From positions 68,634,001 through 68,698,000 of the forward strand of contig OX597825.1 in NCBI GenBank assembly GCA_951406725.2: a DNA stretch of 64,000 bases. The letters run 5' to 3'. Below are positions 26,417 to 39,091 of this stretch, in pieces; the stretch's first letter is position 1; the number at the start of each line of letters is the position of its first letter. Position numbers and translations under genes: made by a program. Origin of the DNA: Octopus vulgaris (Eukaryota). The notes under the pieces were generated by a model, which was not told where the DNA came from, ran no database searches, and was given only the letters and a program-made list of their open reading frames with translations.

Positions 26417-28021
26417 GAGAGCATAGCTATGACGGCAATATATATATACCTGTCAATCGCTCAAAAGACATCGAGGTGACCCTTAAAGGGTGAAAGCTAG
26501 CAGGATGTGCTGTGATGTTAGATATCAAAGGAATATGAAATCGATAGGTAGAAAGAATTAAGAGGAGGAAGGTGGTAGTGATGGCGTTTGTGGTGCTGGA
26601 TGCTCTTCAATCGAATTTCGAAATGATTTCGAGGAACAAACGACAAGATAACACTCGCAGCCCAGCATCAACCTGACAAAACGAGGAACGGATTAATGGA
26701 GAATCTTGCTTCTCACAATATAGAAACATTTTACATCGCACCAACAGACAAAAATGGAAAAAGGCGTTGCCCCGGGAGGGTAGCAAGGCTGATGCGCTGA
26801 ATTAGCCAGTCAGACTCACGAGGCCCGCACTTGTTGACAGCAATCTCCGTCCCGACAGCGGTGAGCAAGGAATATGGTCCGGGAGGGCAAGGACAGCGGA
26901 GGTCTCAAATGCCACAAGCTCGAAATTTTGGGGGGAGGGGCTAGTCGATTAGATCGACCCCAGTACGCAACTGGTACTTGTTTCATCGACCCCCCCACCC
27001 GTAAGGATGAAAGGCAAAGTCGACCTCGGCGGAATTTCAACTCAGAACATAAAGACGGACGAAATGCCGCGAACGATTCTGCCAGCTTGTCATCTTAAAA
27101 ATAAATTAAGATATTGTTCTGGAGTTCTAATCAGAAGCAATTATCAAATGAGTAAGCTTTCCACAAACCGAATCCTGTACGCGGTTTCGGTTCCCATTTA
27201 AAATTACACGAGTTCAATTATGGTATTTGTGCCATGGAGGCGGCGTGCTGGCAGAAACGTTAGCACGCCGGGCGAAATGCTTTGCGGTATTTCGTCTGCC
27301 GTTACGTTCTGAGTTCAAATTCCGCCGAGGTCGACTTTGCCTTTCATCCTTTCGGGGTCGATTAAATAAGTACCAGTTACGCACTGGGGTCGATATAATC
27401 GACTTTATCCGTTTGTCTGTCCTTGTTTGTCCTCTCTGTGTTTAGCCCCTTGTGGGTAGTAAAGAAATAGATATTTGTGCCATGGGAAAAGTCATGAATG
27501 TTGGAGAGTGACCGATATCTTGATAGTTTGTTTCTTTCAGCATGACGAGCAGCGGGGCCCTGGGCTGGTTACTGACAACAAGTTGCCGCTGGAGAAAGTG
27601 TCACAGCATGTGGCGTGCCAGATGATGGGGAACCACCACCAACACCGCCGCCAACGCCTTTAATAGGAAGGGCTATTCATTCCCCTGCTCGGTATAAGTC
27701 AGTCTTAAGGCAGAGAACTGGCAGAAACGTTAGCACGCCGGGCGAACTGCTTAGGGGTATTTCGTCCGCCGCTGCGTTCTGAGTTCAAATTCCGCCGAGG
27801 TCGACTTTGCCTTTCATCCTTTCGGAGTTGATTAAATTAAGTACCAGTTACGCACTGGGGACGATGTAATCGACTTAAATCCGTTTGTCTGTCCTTGTTT
27901 GTCCTCTCTGTGTTTAGCCCCTTGTGGGTAGTAAAGAAATAGGTATAAGTCAGCCTGAATATCTAACAGCTTGATGTTGGAGGTCATGAACACCTCAGTA
28001 GAACACTTAGAGCGGGAGGTA

Positions 28022-29284
28022 CGAGGGGCGTTCAATAAGTAATGCCCCTGACCCACTTCCGATAGCAGTAGAGCAACGACACTTGGCACAGTTATTAGTC
28101 TTTTCCTACATAGGAACTACTCAGAGTTATGCATTTCTCCCATCGTTTGATACAGCTCTGGAGACCGTTTTTGTAGAAGACCCCAGCTTGGTCCTCCAAC
28201 CACGACGTGACTTCAGAAATCAAGGCTGCATCATCTGGGAAATGCTTACCTTTCAAAATCAACTTCATGGCTGGGAAGAGGTGAAAATCAGAGGGTGCAA
28301 GGTCAGGAGAGTAGGGGGTATGGGAGGAGTTCATAGCCGCATGCCTGTACTTCTGATCTAGCGACACGCGAGTTGTGGACCGGAGCGCTGTCCTGCAGGA
28401 GGAGGATGCCTTTGCTGATCTTGCCCCGCCTCTTGATTTTGATAGCTTCTCTTAATTTCCTCAAAAGTGAAGCATAATAGGCTCCTGTAATTGTGGTACC
28501 CTTTGCCAGGAAATCTGTCATCACTACTCCGTCCTGGTCCCAGAACACTGTGAGCATAACCTTGTCAGCGGAAGGCTGCACCCTTGCCTTCTTTGGAGGA
28601 GGTGAGTCACGGTGCTTTCACTGCATTGACTGGGCTTTGGTCTATGGATCATAGTAATGGACCCAGGTTTTATCCTGTGTGATCAGTCTTTTGAAAAATT
28701 TTGACTCATCTTCTTGGCACATCTCCAAATTCATCCTCGAGCACTCAACGCGTTCTTGCTTCTGGAAAGATGTGAGCAACCTGGAAATCCATCTGGCAGA
28801 CACCTTTTGCATATGCAAATGGTCATGAATGATAGTTTCCACAGACCCGGTACTAATCTTGACCTTATGGGCTATTTGGCGAATAGTTATGCGTTGACCT
28901 TCCAAAATGGCAGCCTCAACTTGACGGACAGACGTCTCATCAACGGCAGAAGGGGCGACCAGATCTGGGAGCTGTTTCCACAGAGTTCCGACTATGTTTG
29001 AATTCACAATGCCAGCGTTTTACAAGGTCATATGATGGGGCATCATCACCATAAGTTACTTTCATTTCATCAAAAGTCTCCCGTGGTGTGCGTCCTTTCA
29101 AATACAAAAACCAGATCACTGCTCGACACTCAACAGGCTCCATTTCACACTTGATTCAGTTCAAACACCTGTAAATCAGAAACCACAATTAGTTCAGAGC
29201 TGTAATTCGCCACTTAATCTATAGAGATATAAATAAGTGTACCTGCAAAATTTCAGCTAGATCAAACAACTGCAAGTGGGTCAA
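28022..29284 (-). mobile_element. mariner transposon, near full-length, frameshifted
   Basis: KVSARWI.R.LT, ITQDKTWVHYYDP, KVMLTVFWD, LLQDSAPVH and YSPDLAPSDFHLF motifs across ORFs 28095-29143; TA|cgaggggcgttcaataagt TIR. Confidence 0.92.
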
Positions 29285-29525
29285 ATAATAGACGGATTCT
29301 AACTTGTTAGGTATCGTAATTAAAAATGGCAACAGAAGAAGTAATTATATAAATAATTAACAAACAGGCGCAGGAGTGGCTGTGTGGTAAGTAGCTTGCT
29401 TACGAACCACATGGCTCTGGGTTCAGTCCCACTGTGTGGCACCTTGGGCAAGTGTCTTCTACTATAGCCTCGGCCGACCAAAGCCTGAGTGGATTTGGTA
29501 GACGGAAACTGAAAGAAGCCCGTCG

Positions 29526-29562
<37 letters not shown>

Positions 29563-30313
29563 GTGTGTGTGTGTGTTTGTGTGTCTGTGTTTGTCCCCTC
29601 CCAATATCGCTTGACAACTGATGCTGGTGTGTTTACGCCCCCGTAACTTAGCGGTTCGGCCAAAGTGACCGATAGAATAAGTACCAGGCTTACAAAGAAT
29701 AAGTCCTGGGGGTCGATTTGCTCGACTGAAAGGCGGTGCTCCAGTATGGCCACAGTCAAATGATTGAAACAATTAAAAGAGTAAAAACTTACATTCAGAT
29801 AAATATTAAATAATTAGTAAGTAAGGCCTAAAGGACAAAAGGGTTTATATAACAAGGTCATAATAGAAAATGTTAGGGAGTAAAGTGGAACACACACACA
29901 CACACACACACTACACACAGGTTAGTACACACATATATAAGTCAGGACTCACTCACACACTTTACGTTAGTGACGAAAAAAAGGAATGCTTAATGATTGA
30001 TGTCTACAAAATGTGAATGTCTCCCTTTGGCGGTTTAGAAGACATTGGGAATTTCCTTTTAAAACCTCGATGAATTCTTTGCTGCAGTGATCGCGGAGAG
30101 TCCAACCATCTTGATGCGGCCTTCCCGTTTTAATAATGGACCAGATAATATGGTAAGGAATGTTATTGTTCTGAGGATGGTCTATATGTCATCACGATAT
30201 TATCTACCGATGAGACATGACGTTGTAGCTAGGACAAGGTTCCTTCATTGGAATTTCAACATCAACAACAGGGTATGTATGTATGTATGTATGTATGTAT
30301 GTATGTATGTATG

Positions 30314-30345
<32 letters not shown>

Positions 30346-30582
30346 GCCATTTAAATTTTCGTAGAATTCTCTTTACCCTTTTACTCTTTTACTTGTTTCA
30401 GTCATTTGACTGCGGCCATGCTGGAGCACCGCCTTTAATCGAGCAACTCGACCCCGGGACTTATTCTTTTGTAAGCCCAGTACTTATTCTATCGGCCTCT
30501 TTTGCCGAACCGCTAAGAAACGGGGACATAAACACACCAGCACCGGTTGTCAAGCAATGCCAGAGAGACAAACACAGACACA

Positions 30583-30690
<108 letters not shown>

Positions 30691-31000
30691 CATATATACG
30701 ACGGGCTTCTTTTCAGTTTCCGTCTACCAAATCCACTCACAAGGCTTTGGTCGGCCCGAGGCTATAGTAGAAGACACTTGCCCTAGGTGCCACGCAGTGG
30801 GACTGAACCCGGAACCATGTGGTTGGTAAACAAGCTACTTACCACACAGCCACTCCTGCGCCTAATTCTGTTATCTTACTATGTACGGTGCTTTTATACA
30901 CTGCGGTATACCTCAAGCAAATAGCTATTCAAGGAAGACTTATCAGGTTTTCCACAGTTACAGTTCTTTTATCCAGTATTAATAAACGTATATATCTTTA

Positions 31001-31075
<75 letters not shown>

Positions 31076-31268
31076 GCTCACTTACTCACACACTTTACGT
31101 TAGTGACGAACAAAAAGGAATGCTTAAGGCGGCAAATGTCGAATAATTACATCTTAATTTAATTGAAATTGAGTGCCAATTGTTTCATGTTTACGAATTA
31201 GCAATTTTTCCACGAGCAATACAAATGACAATCCACCAGCATGGTTGACAAAAATATGTATGTATGTC

Positions 31269-33140
31269 ATTATTCAAGTTTATTTCAAGATTTCTTGCCA
31301 ATAGAGAAAAAACCGGTTTCTAACATAGATCCAAGGTTCCTTCATTGGAATTTCAACATCAACAACAGGGTATTTTTGTATGTATGTATGTATGTATGTA
31401 TGTATGTATGTATGTATGTATGTATGTATGTATGTATGTATGTATGTGCAAATTTGTATATTTTATGTATGTATTCTCATGCATAGAGTTACATATCTAG
31501 ACATGCTCATATATATTTAAGTGCTAAACTTCTGGAAAGTTTTACAGATCTTGACAGTTCCAGTGATGAATTGCATCTGTAGTCTTCGAATTAGCTTTCT
31601 TCTTTCTGGTTTTGAGAAGCCTAATTTTTCAAGATTGGCATTTAGGCAGTGTGTTACATATCCCAGGATTTCAATAATTACAGGTATAAACCTTAACTTG
31701 TAATCTGGATAGAATAACTATAGATTTTTCAATTGTTCAGCATAGGTGTTCTCTTTTTCACTGATCTTCAGCTTTATGTTAACATCCGCTGGGCTGCTAA
31801 TTTCTACAACTATGCACAGTTTCTCTTCTCTATACCAAATCACGATATCAGGTCTGTTGTGCTTACATTTTATTGAGGTCTTCAGTGGTACATTCCACCA
31901 GTATTCCTTTCCATTATGAGTGGCTATGGCTTCTACCATATTGTGGGTTTTTATTTCTTTGTTCTCGGGATTGTCCTTCCAACAGAATTCATTATAGAGT
32001 GTCCTAGATACAGCGTCATGTCTCATCGGTAGATAATACCGTGATGACATTTTCGGACACCTGCTTATGATGTGGGTGATATCTTCAGTGTCAATTTCAC
32101 AATCTGCATCAGTTGTCACATTTTACGGCTTTTCCCGCATCTCTATCCCATTTGTGCATCAGGTACTTGGTTGATATTTCCTGTTCCTGGATTGTAAACG
32201 CATACTTTTCAAAGTGGGAAGTGATATTTCGGCTATTCGTCCATGATAAACTGCTTTGATGATCGATGTTGCCATCATCACGGAGCTTTCTACTAACATT
32301 TCCATGCATAGTCTTCTGCTGATATAGGCTCATCCTTTCATCTGATGATATGTTGCGGTAGAGTTGTGCGACTTCTTTCGTCATGTAGTCTAGGTTATCA
32401 GACGAAGAATGTTGCTCAAGGGGCTGCCTTCCCAGTCTTATGATGTTATCAGCTTCATGTATGCAAACTTGGTCACGGGATGCACCTCGACACTTGGTGG
32501 TTAAAAGATGTTGCCGAAGAGATATTACGCGACATTCAAAGGCATTTTGGATCGATGTTAAGCCTCTGCCGCCTCGTTTTCGTTTTAGGTAGAGGTGGTC
32601 TACGTCACTGTTTATGTGGAAATTATGCGTGCTTGTTAGTATTTTTCGGGTTTTCACATAAATGGCTCGGATATCATCAAGCGCCCAATTAAGCAGCCCA
32701 AATGTTGGTATGAGTGCTGGCACTGCAAACACATTGTGGGTCACTGTTTTATTGAATGCAAAGAGTTCTGAGGTCCAAATTTTCTTTATTCGTCTGCAAT
32801 ATTATTTAGTGACATGTGTTTTGTTACAGGTGCCATTGTAAGATATATTTACATCCCTCCCTAGATACCTGTAACATTCCTCGTCAGATACAGGGGAAAC
32901 AGTCAAATCATTGGCGGAGATGTTCTTAGTCTGGTTTATAGTTTTTCCCCCTCTTCAGAACCATATAACTAACATTTATCCTGACCAAACTCCAACTCTA
33001 CGTCCTTTGAGAATGTTGCAACAAGGTCAAAACTCTTTTTCACCTCATGCATATTCTTTGCATAAAGTTTTAAGTTATACACAAGGAAACAGTGTGTAAT
33101 TTTGGTTTTTCTGTTTCCTTGTGAACCAGAGAAATGGAAG
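31269..33140 (-). mobile_element. R4/Dong-like (restriction-like endonuclease) LINE, 3' half, decayed
   Basis: LYLKRKRGGRGL, HIISRC...RHDAV and HNRPDIVIW...VVEISSP...EKENTY (PD-(D/E)xK-type) in ORFs 31718-32744; (CATA)n in the 3' UTR. Confidence 0.85.
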
Positions 33141-33494
33141 AGAAGCAGAAATTAAAAAAATGCCCGTTTTTTTTCTTTTTTTTTCTACTTGGCACTTCGT
33201 CGATATATGTGTGAAAAGAGGTTGAATTTATTCAAATTTCAAAAACGATGAACAAAGTTTGTAGAAGAATAGAACTACAAAGAAAAACATAAAACATGAA
33301 AAGAAAAATGTTTTGTGTTAATTCAAATAATGCTGAAAAGAAACAAACGATTTTATCTGACAAGGTAATACTAACACATTTTTTTTTATTGTTGTTGTTG
33401 TTGTTTTTCTAGTGGCTCAAAGTAAAATATCAAATTACATTGTTTCGGAGAATTCAAAAGCTTCACACCAAGGTATGTTTCCGAAAGGAATCAC

Positions 33495-33532
<38 letters not shown>

Positions 33533-33655
33533 CCTCGCACATGCGCAAAACACACAGTAGCTGCAATTGAGAATCAAATCTCAGCTTATAAAGAAATCAT
33601 CGACTTTCTATGAAAGGAATGCTTCAAGTACCAGCAGGTTCTGTTTAACTTCAAA

Positions 33656-34718
33656 CGGTGCTTCTCAACCATTTTTTGCCTCTAGACGCCTATGTTTCCT
33701 ATTTTTGCTGTATTGTACCACCATACATATTTTATAATTAAATATTAGTCTCAAATTTTGGCACAAGGCCTGAAATTTTAGGGGAGGGTGTTCAGTCGAT
33801 TACATCGACCCCCAGTACTCAACTGCTATGTATACTTTATCGACCCCGAAAGAATAAAAGGCAAAGTCGACTTCGGCGGAATTTCAACTCAGAGCGTAAA
33901 GACGGACGAAATGCCGCTAAGCATCTTGTCCGGATCTTTACCTTTTGACCTACAGATTTAAAAAATAATTTTTTGTAACTAAACACTTTCAAACTTCGGA
34001 CACTGGTAGAATGTGTCATATAAAACATCTTTTACTCTTAGCATTTTTGAGAAAAGCTTATATTTACGAAGTTATTTCACGTTAAAGTTGTCGTATTTCG
34101 GTAATTTCAACCAATCAATGACGTGTATTTAGCTGAATAAAATTACTGCCGTTGTTTGTCAACAACAACCATCAGCGGTGTATTTTTCGTTTGTCACTTT
34201 TATTTATGACATCGTTCGTGCGTTTGTACTGGTTTTAAGATATTAGGGTTAGGGTGTTAGGGTTTTAGGGTCAGAGTTAGGGTTTTAGGGTTAGGGTTAG
34301 GATTAGGTTTTTAGGGTTAGGGTGTTAGGGTTTTAGTGTTAGGGTTAGGGTTTTAGGGTTAGGGTTAATGTTTTAGGATTAGGGTTAATGTTTTAGGGTT
34401 AGGGTTTTAGGGTTGTCATAAATAACAGCGACAAATACACCGCCGGAAGTTCTTGCTGACACCGCCGGAAGTTCTTGCTGACAAACAACAGCAGTAATTT
34501 TATTCAGCTGAATAAAATTACTCTTGTCCGGCGTGCTGTCAATTCTGGCAGCACGCCGCCTTATTTTATAAAAAAATATTATTAGGAATTGTATTAAAAA
34601 AAGAATTGTTGAAATAGTTTGTGGATTGTAGAAATGGAAGCAATTTATTGCTCACAAGTTTTAACAAAATCTTATGTGGCCCTCCAAGGGCCGCGTGGAT
34701 CCTCGTTAAGAACCACTA
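33656..34718. mobile_element. hAT-like MITE hosting a SINE B copy (about 33745-34562), which hosts the telomere-repeat element
   Basis: Degenerate TIRs cggtgcttctcaacc and cgttaagaaccacta; imperfect 8-bp flanks acttcaaa and acttaaat. Confidence 0.55.
33934..34522. mobile_element. Unclassified non-autonomous element carrying a degenerate (TTAGGG)n array between inverted repeats
   Basis: Interrupts a SINE B; tcttgtccgg duplicated at 33924-33933 and 34522-34531; array at about 34243-34413; IR arms at about 34126-34211 and 34414-34513. Confidence 0.8.
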
Positions 34719-35872
34719 ACTTAAATGCAAATCAGTCAATGTCACACAGCTGCCAATCGATGTTTAATTAGTGGTATATCTACATTAATGAGTGCCAAAT
34801 AGGTTAATTTACTGCTGTTATCTATGGCGTTTCAAGTTGATGAAGCAAAGGGAAAATTTATATTAATATTTATGCTTTACTGAGATTGTTGTTTATTAAT
34901 TAAAACATTTTATAATAATTAAAAATAGATTGTATGTTCAATTTTGCCTGGATATACGAAGTCTATTGTACTTACACAAGAATTTGCCTGGATATACATA
35001 GTCTATTGTACTTACACAAGCATTTGCCCTGATAACAATAAATAATCATAAAACGACCAACCGCTTTAGCCAACGTGTATGTCAGATAAATAACAGACAA
35101 ATCGGCGGTTGGCACCCTGAAAGACATAAAAGTCAATTTTCTGAAAAGGACAAATAAAAGGAAGATGATATTTATTTTCTTTCTTAACCAAATTCAAAAC
35201 AAAACTCTTCAAATATTTCACGTTATACTTGTTAAATAAAGCTGTTGAAGGGAAATAAATGCATCAATTTACTGCAAGTCGCAGGAGTGGCTGTGTGGTA
35301 AGTAGCTTGCTAACCAACCACATGGTTCCGGGTTCAGTCCCACTGCGTGGCATCTTGGGCAAGTGTCTTCTGCTATAGCCCCGGGCCGACCAATGCCTTG
35401 TGAGTGGATTTGGTAGACGGAAACTGAAAGAAGCCTGTCGTATATATGTATATATATATATATATGTGTGTATGTGTGTGTGTTTGTCCCCCTAGCATTG
35501 CTTGGCAACCGATGCTGGTGTGTTTACGTCCCCGTCACTTAGCGGTTCGGCAAAAGAGACCGATAGAATAAGTACTGCGCTTACAAAAAAGAATAAGTCC
35601 CGGGGTCGATTTGCTCGACTAAAGGCGGTGCTCCAGCATGGCCGCAGTCAAATGACTGAAACAAGTAAAGAGTAAAGAGTAAGTCACTTTTAATAAGAAA
35701 TAAGAAATCCCATTTTAAGATGGAATTTGTTTTTGGTTTAATTTCTCTTAATTGATGCAAATATATCATTCGGTAAATGTAACTACTGTACACAAATTAT
35801 TTGAGCTGATCATATACAGTTGGTTGCTCTGCTTTTCTTTAAAACAGACAAGCCATCTGGTTGAGAGAACTA

Positions 35873-36437
35873 TTGGGTTGTCCGGTTAGTTCGTGCCGAT
35901 TTATAGTAGCTTACCTTTCGACTTATTTTAGAACATGGTTGAGTCCATAATATAGGATTTGACTACACCTCCATTTAGAACACAGTTTGAGCTATCTTTT
36001 CGTGGAAGAAGTTTTATGTTCCTATAACCTGTGTTAATTCTGTAACCCTTTAAAATGGAAGATAAGAAAGTTCATTTTCGGCACTTGATACTTTGGGAAC
36101 CAGACAAAAATTGCTGCAGCTTGGCTGGGATTTGTTACCCCAGCCTCCATATTCACCAGATATTGCTCCTTCGGATTTCCACTTATTCATGTCTCTGCAG
36201 AATAGTCTTAATGGTAAAAATTTCAATTCCTTGGATGACGTAAAAAGATACCTTGATGAATTCTTTGTCATGAAACCACCTCAATTCTGGGAAGAGGGTA
36301 TTTTAAAGTTAAAGAAAGATGGAGACACATTGTGCAACAAAATGGTTCATATTTGGTTGATTAAAAATGTAACGGCAAGTATTTATTGACCTTTTTCTTT
36401 CCTTTAAAAATCGGCACGAACTTTCCGGACAACCCAA
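35873..36437 (+). mobile_element. Internally deleted mariner element with intact TIRs
   Basis: TA|ttgggttgtccgg...ttcgtgccgattt and aaatcggcacgaa...ccggacaacccaa|TA; the N-terminus MEDKKVHFRH is joined directly to TRQKLLQLGWDLLPQPPYSPDIAPSDFHLF. Confidence 0.92.
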
Positions 36438-37605
36438 TATTAGCTTGGCAAACAAATACTTATAGCACTACTGTATTTTATCTAATGACCCTCTGTTAAG
36501 GCTATCTAACATATCAGCATAATGGAAACCAAGGATGTTTATTGAATATTCTCCAGCTCTAGGGTGCCTCTACAAACAGGCTTAGCCGGACCAGTTGATG
36601 AAGGGATGATATTGCAGGTAGCGGTTCGGCCATCATGCCAACCCCGAAACAAGAAATTTTTACATAGGCGCAGGTGTGACTGTGTGGTAAGAAGCTTGCT
36701 TCCAACCATATAGTTCCGGGTTCAATCCCACTGCGTAGGGTAACTTTCTAGGTGCAATCCCAAAGTCATTCATGACCGAAGGAGGTCTTTACCCTTTTTA
36801 CTTCACTAAATCACGACAAACTCGATTGTGCTTTTCGTCACTTTATCACACTCTGCTTCACATCTGCCTACCATCTTTCCTATTTCTTTACTACCCACAA
36901 GGGGCTAAACACAGAGGGGACAAACAAACGGATTAAGTCGATTACATCGACCCCAGTGCGTAACTGGTACTTATTTAATCGACCTCGAAAGGATGAAAGG
37001 CAAAGTCGACCTCGGCGGAATTTGAACTCACAACGTTACGGCACCCGAAATACCGCTAAGCATTTCGCCCGGCGTGCTAACGTTTCTGCCAGCTCGCCGC
37101 CTACCATCTTTCCTACCCTGCTGGATCAAGAGTCAGATCACATATTTTTCATGTCATATACTCTATATTTTCATAGGTTTTGTGCATAAGCATGAGAAAT
37201 TATTATTATTTTATAGTAGCCAACATTTCTATAACCAGCCACCCCCATATGTTAAGTATATAATAGACTCAACCGATAATGTAGTTTGTTTTACGCATGC
37301 TAGTTTAAAAGCTCCGTCACAATGCATTACATTTGTGCCTAGCTTAAAATAATCCATCTTAATTTTCTCTCTGTTTATTATGTATCTCTTCCGTCGCACT
37401 AAACAAGTAAACTAATATAATTGTTGTTGTGTTTTTCATGTAACACAGTGAGAGGTCATCAAGAGATGGAGTCGAAGTAATACGACTTGTGAGTGTGTGT
37501 GTGTGTCTGTATGAGTGTGTATGTGAGAATGTGCGTGTGCAAGTGTGTGTCTTTCCAACTCCCATTCTCCCTTCTTCTTCTTGTTGTTCTTGTTGTTCTT
37601 GTTCT

Positions 37606-37650
<45 letters not shown>

Positions 37651-37726
37651 ACTGTGCATAACTAAGATATATATACGTGCTCGCACACATACACACACGT
37701 ATGCACATACATGCATACATCATATG

Positions 37727-37791
<65 letters not shown>

Positions 37792-37838
37792 GTACATACA
37801 TACATACATACATACATATATGTACATACATACATACA

Positions 37839-37872
<34 letters not shown>

Positions 37873-37887
37873 CATACATATGTATGT

Positions 37888-38660
37888 GTGGAGGTACGCC
37901 GAACAATTGCTAATCAACAAAACTGTGATGTCAGAAGTGCGAGAGCGTAGGAGGAACCTAGTTTCAATGTGGCTAGAATACAAGAAAGCCTTTGACTCTG
38001 TTCCCCACTCATGGATGCCAGAAACCCTTTAACTTGCTAAAGTTCCAGTGAGAATAGTCAAAGCTATAGCTGACCTGACTTCATCGTGGGCCACCAGCTT
38101 CAAAATTAAACACAAAGAGTGACTGTATTATCACCGATAGAATACAGTATCGCAAAGGCATATTCCAAGGAGACAGCCTCTCTGTGATGCTGTTTATACT
38201 TTCTGTAAATCCCTTGTCATTCATGTTAAGGAAGTTTGCAAGATATCTCACTGGTTCACAAGGTAACAGAAAAACCAAAATTACACAGTTTCTTAAAACT
38301 TTATGCAAAGAATATGCATGAGATGAAAAAGAGCCTTGGCCTAGTTACAACATTCTCAAAGGACGTAGAGTTGGAGTTTGGTCAGGATAAATGCTATATG
38401 GTTGTGAAAAGGGGAATAACTATAAACCAGACTAATAACATCTCCATCGATGATTTGACTGTTTCCCTGTATCTGACGAGGAATGTTACAGGTATCTAGG
38501 GGTGGATGAAAATATAAAGAGTGACTGTATTATCGCCGATAGAATACAGTGTCACAAAGGCATATTCCAAGGAGACAGCCTCTCTGCGATGTTGTTTATA
38601 TTTTCTGTAAACCCCTTGTCATTTATCTTAAAGAAATCTGATGTCATTTATCTTAAGGAA
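37888..38660 (+). mobile_element. R4/Dong-like LINE RT fragment with internal duplication
   Basis: EQLLINK...WLEYKKAFDSVPHSW; GIFQGDSLS occurs twice (about 38157 and 38559); overlaps in sequence with 32850-33130 in inverted orientation. Confidence 0.85.
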
Positions 38661-38662
38661 AT

Positions 38663-38739
38663 TCTGATGAAAGAAGCTGCACCTTTGATGCAGCTGCTGG
38701 TGTTAAAGTCACCCCAACATTTGTTAAACTCGTTGCATG
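38663..38739 (+). pseudogene. Orphan diverged copy of the 3' part of the penultimate GAPDH exon (SDERSCTFDAAAGVKVTPTFVKLVAW) with retained GT donor
   Basis: Aligns without gaps to 9716-9792 (62/77 nt identical by hand count) and ends TG|gtaag at the same phase-2 position. Confidence 0.9.
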
Positions 38740-38790
38740 GTAAGTTGGTGGTGGAGACTGGAAGTCTACATTCTACATTTATATTCCATA

Positions 38791-39091
38791 CTAGCAGTAT
38801 CACCCGGCGTTGCTCGGGTTTGTAAGGGAAATAACTGCATAAGCATTTTTAGAGAGTTACTAAACCGAGCAAAAATGCATTAAAAATCCGAAAAAAATGA
38901 TGGTAGATTTTTTTTTTAAAATTGTAGACTCATCATAGACGCGCGCTAATACCAAGAAGGGCTCGATATGAATCACGACTATAAGATACCCGGTTTTGGT
39001 TACACTGCACCGCAAAATGTGGGAGTAGTTAGGAATCTAAATCGGAGGAGACAGACTCTCACACACACAACTTCAGTTTTGTATATAAAGA
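38791..39091 (-). mobile_element. Non-autonomous Helitron
   Basis: Same hairpin plus CTAG terminus as 454-824; A|TC 5' end; inserted in an AT dinucleotide. Confidence 0.8.

Noticed and set aside
22613-29284. Domesticated transposase genes (CENP-B/TIGD- or SETMAR-like)
   Set aside because: The Tigger, Tc1 and mariner copies all have stops, frameshifts or SINE interruptions.
34243-34413. TTAGGG array as a true telomere or chromosome-fusion scar
   Set aside because: Short, degenerate, single orientation, and contained within a TSD-flanked insertion.
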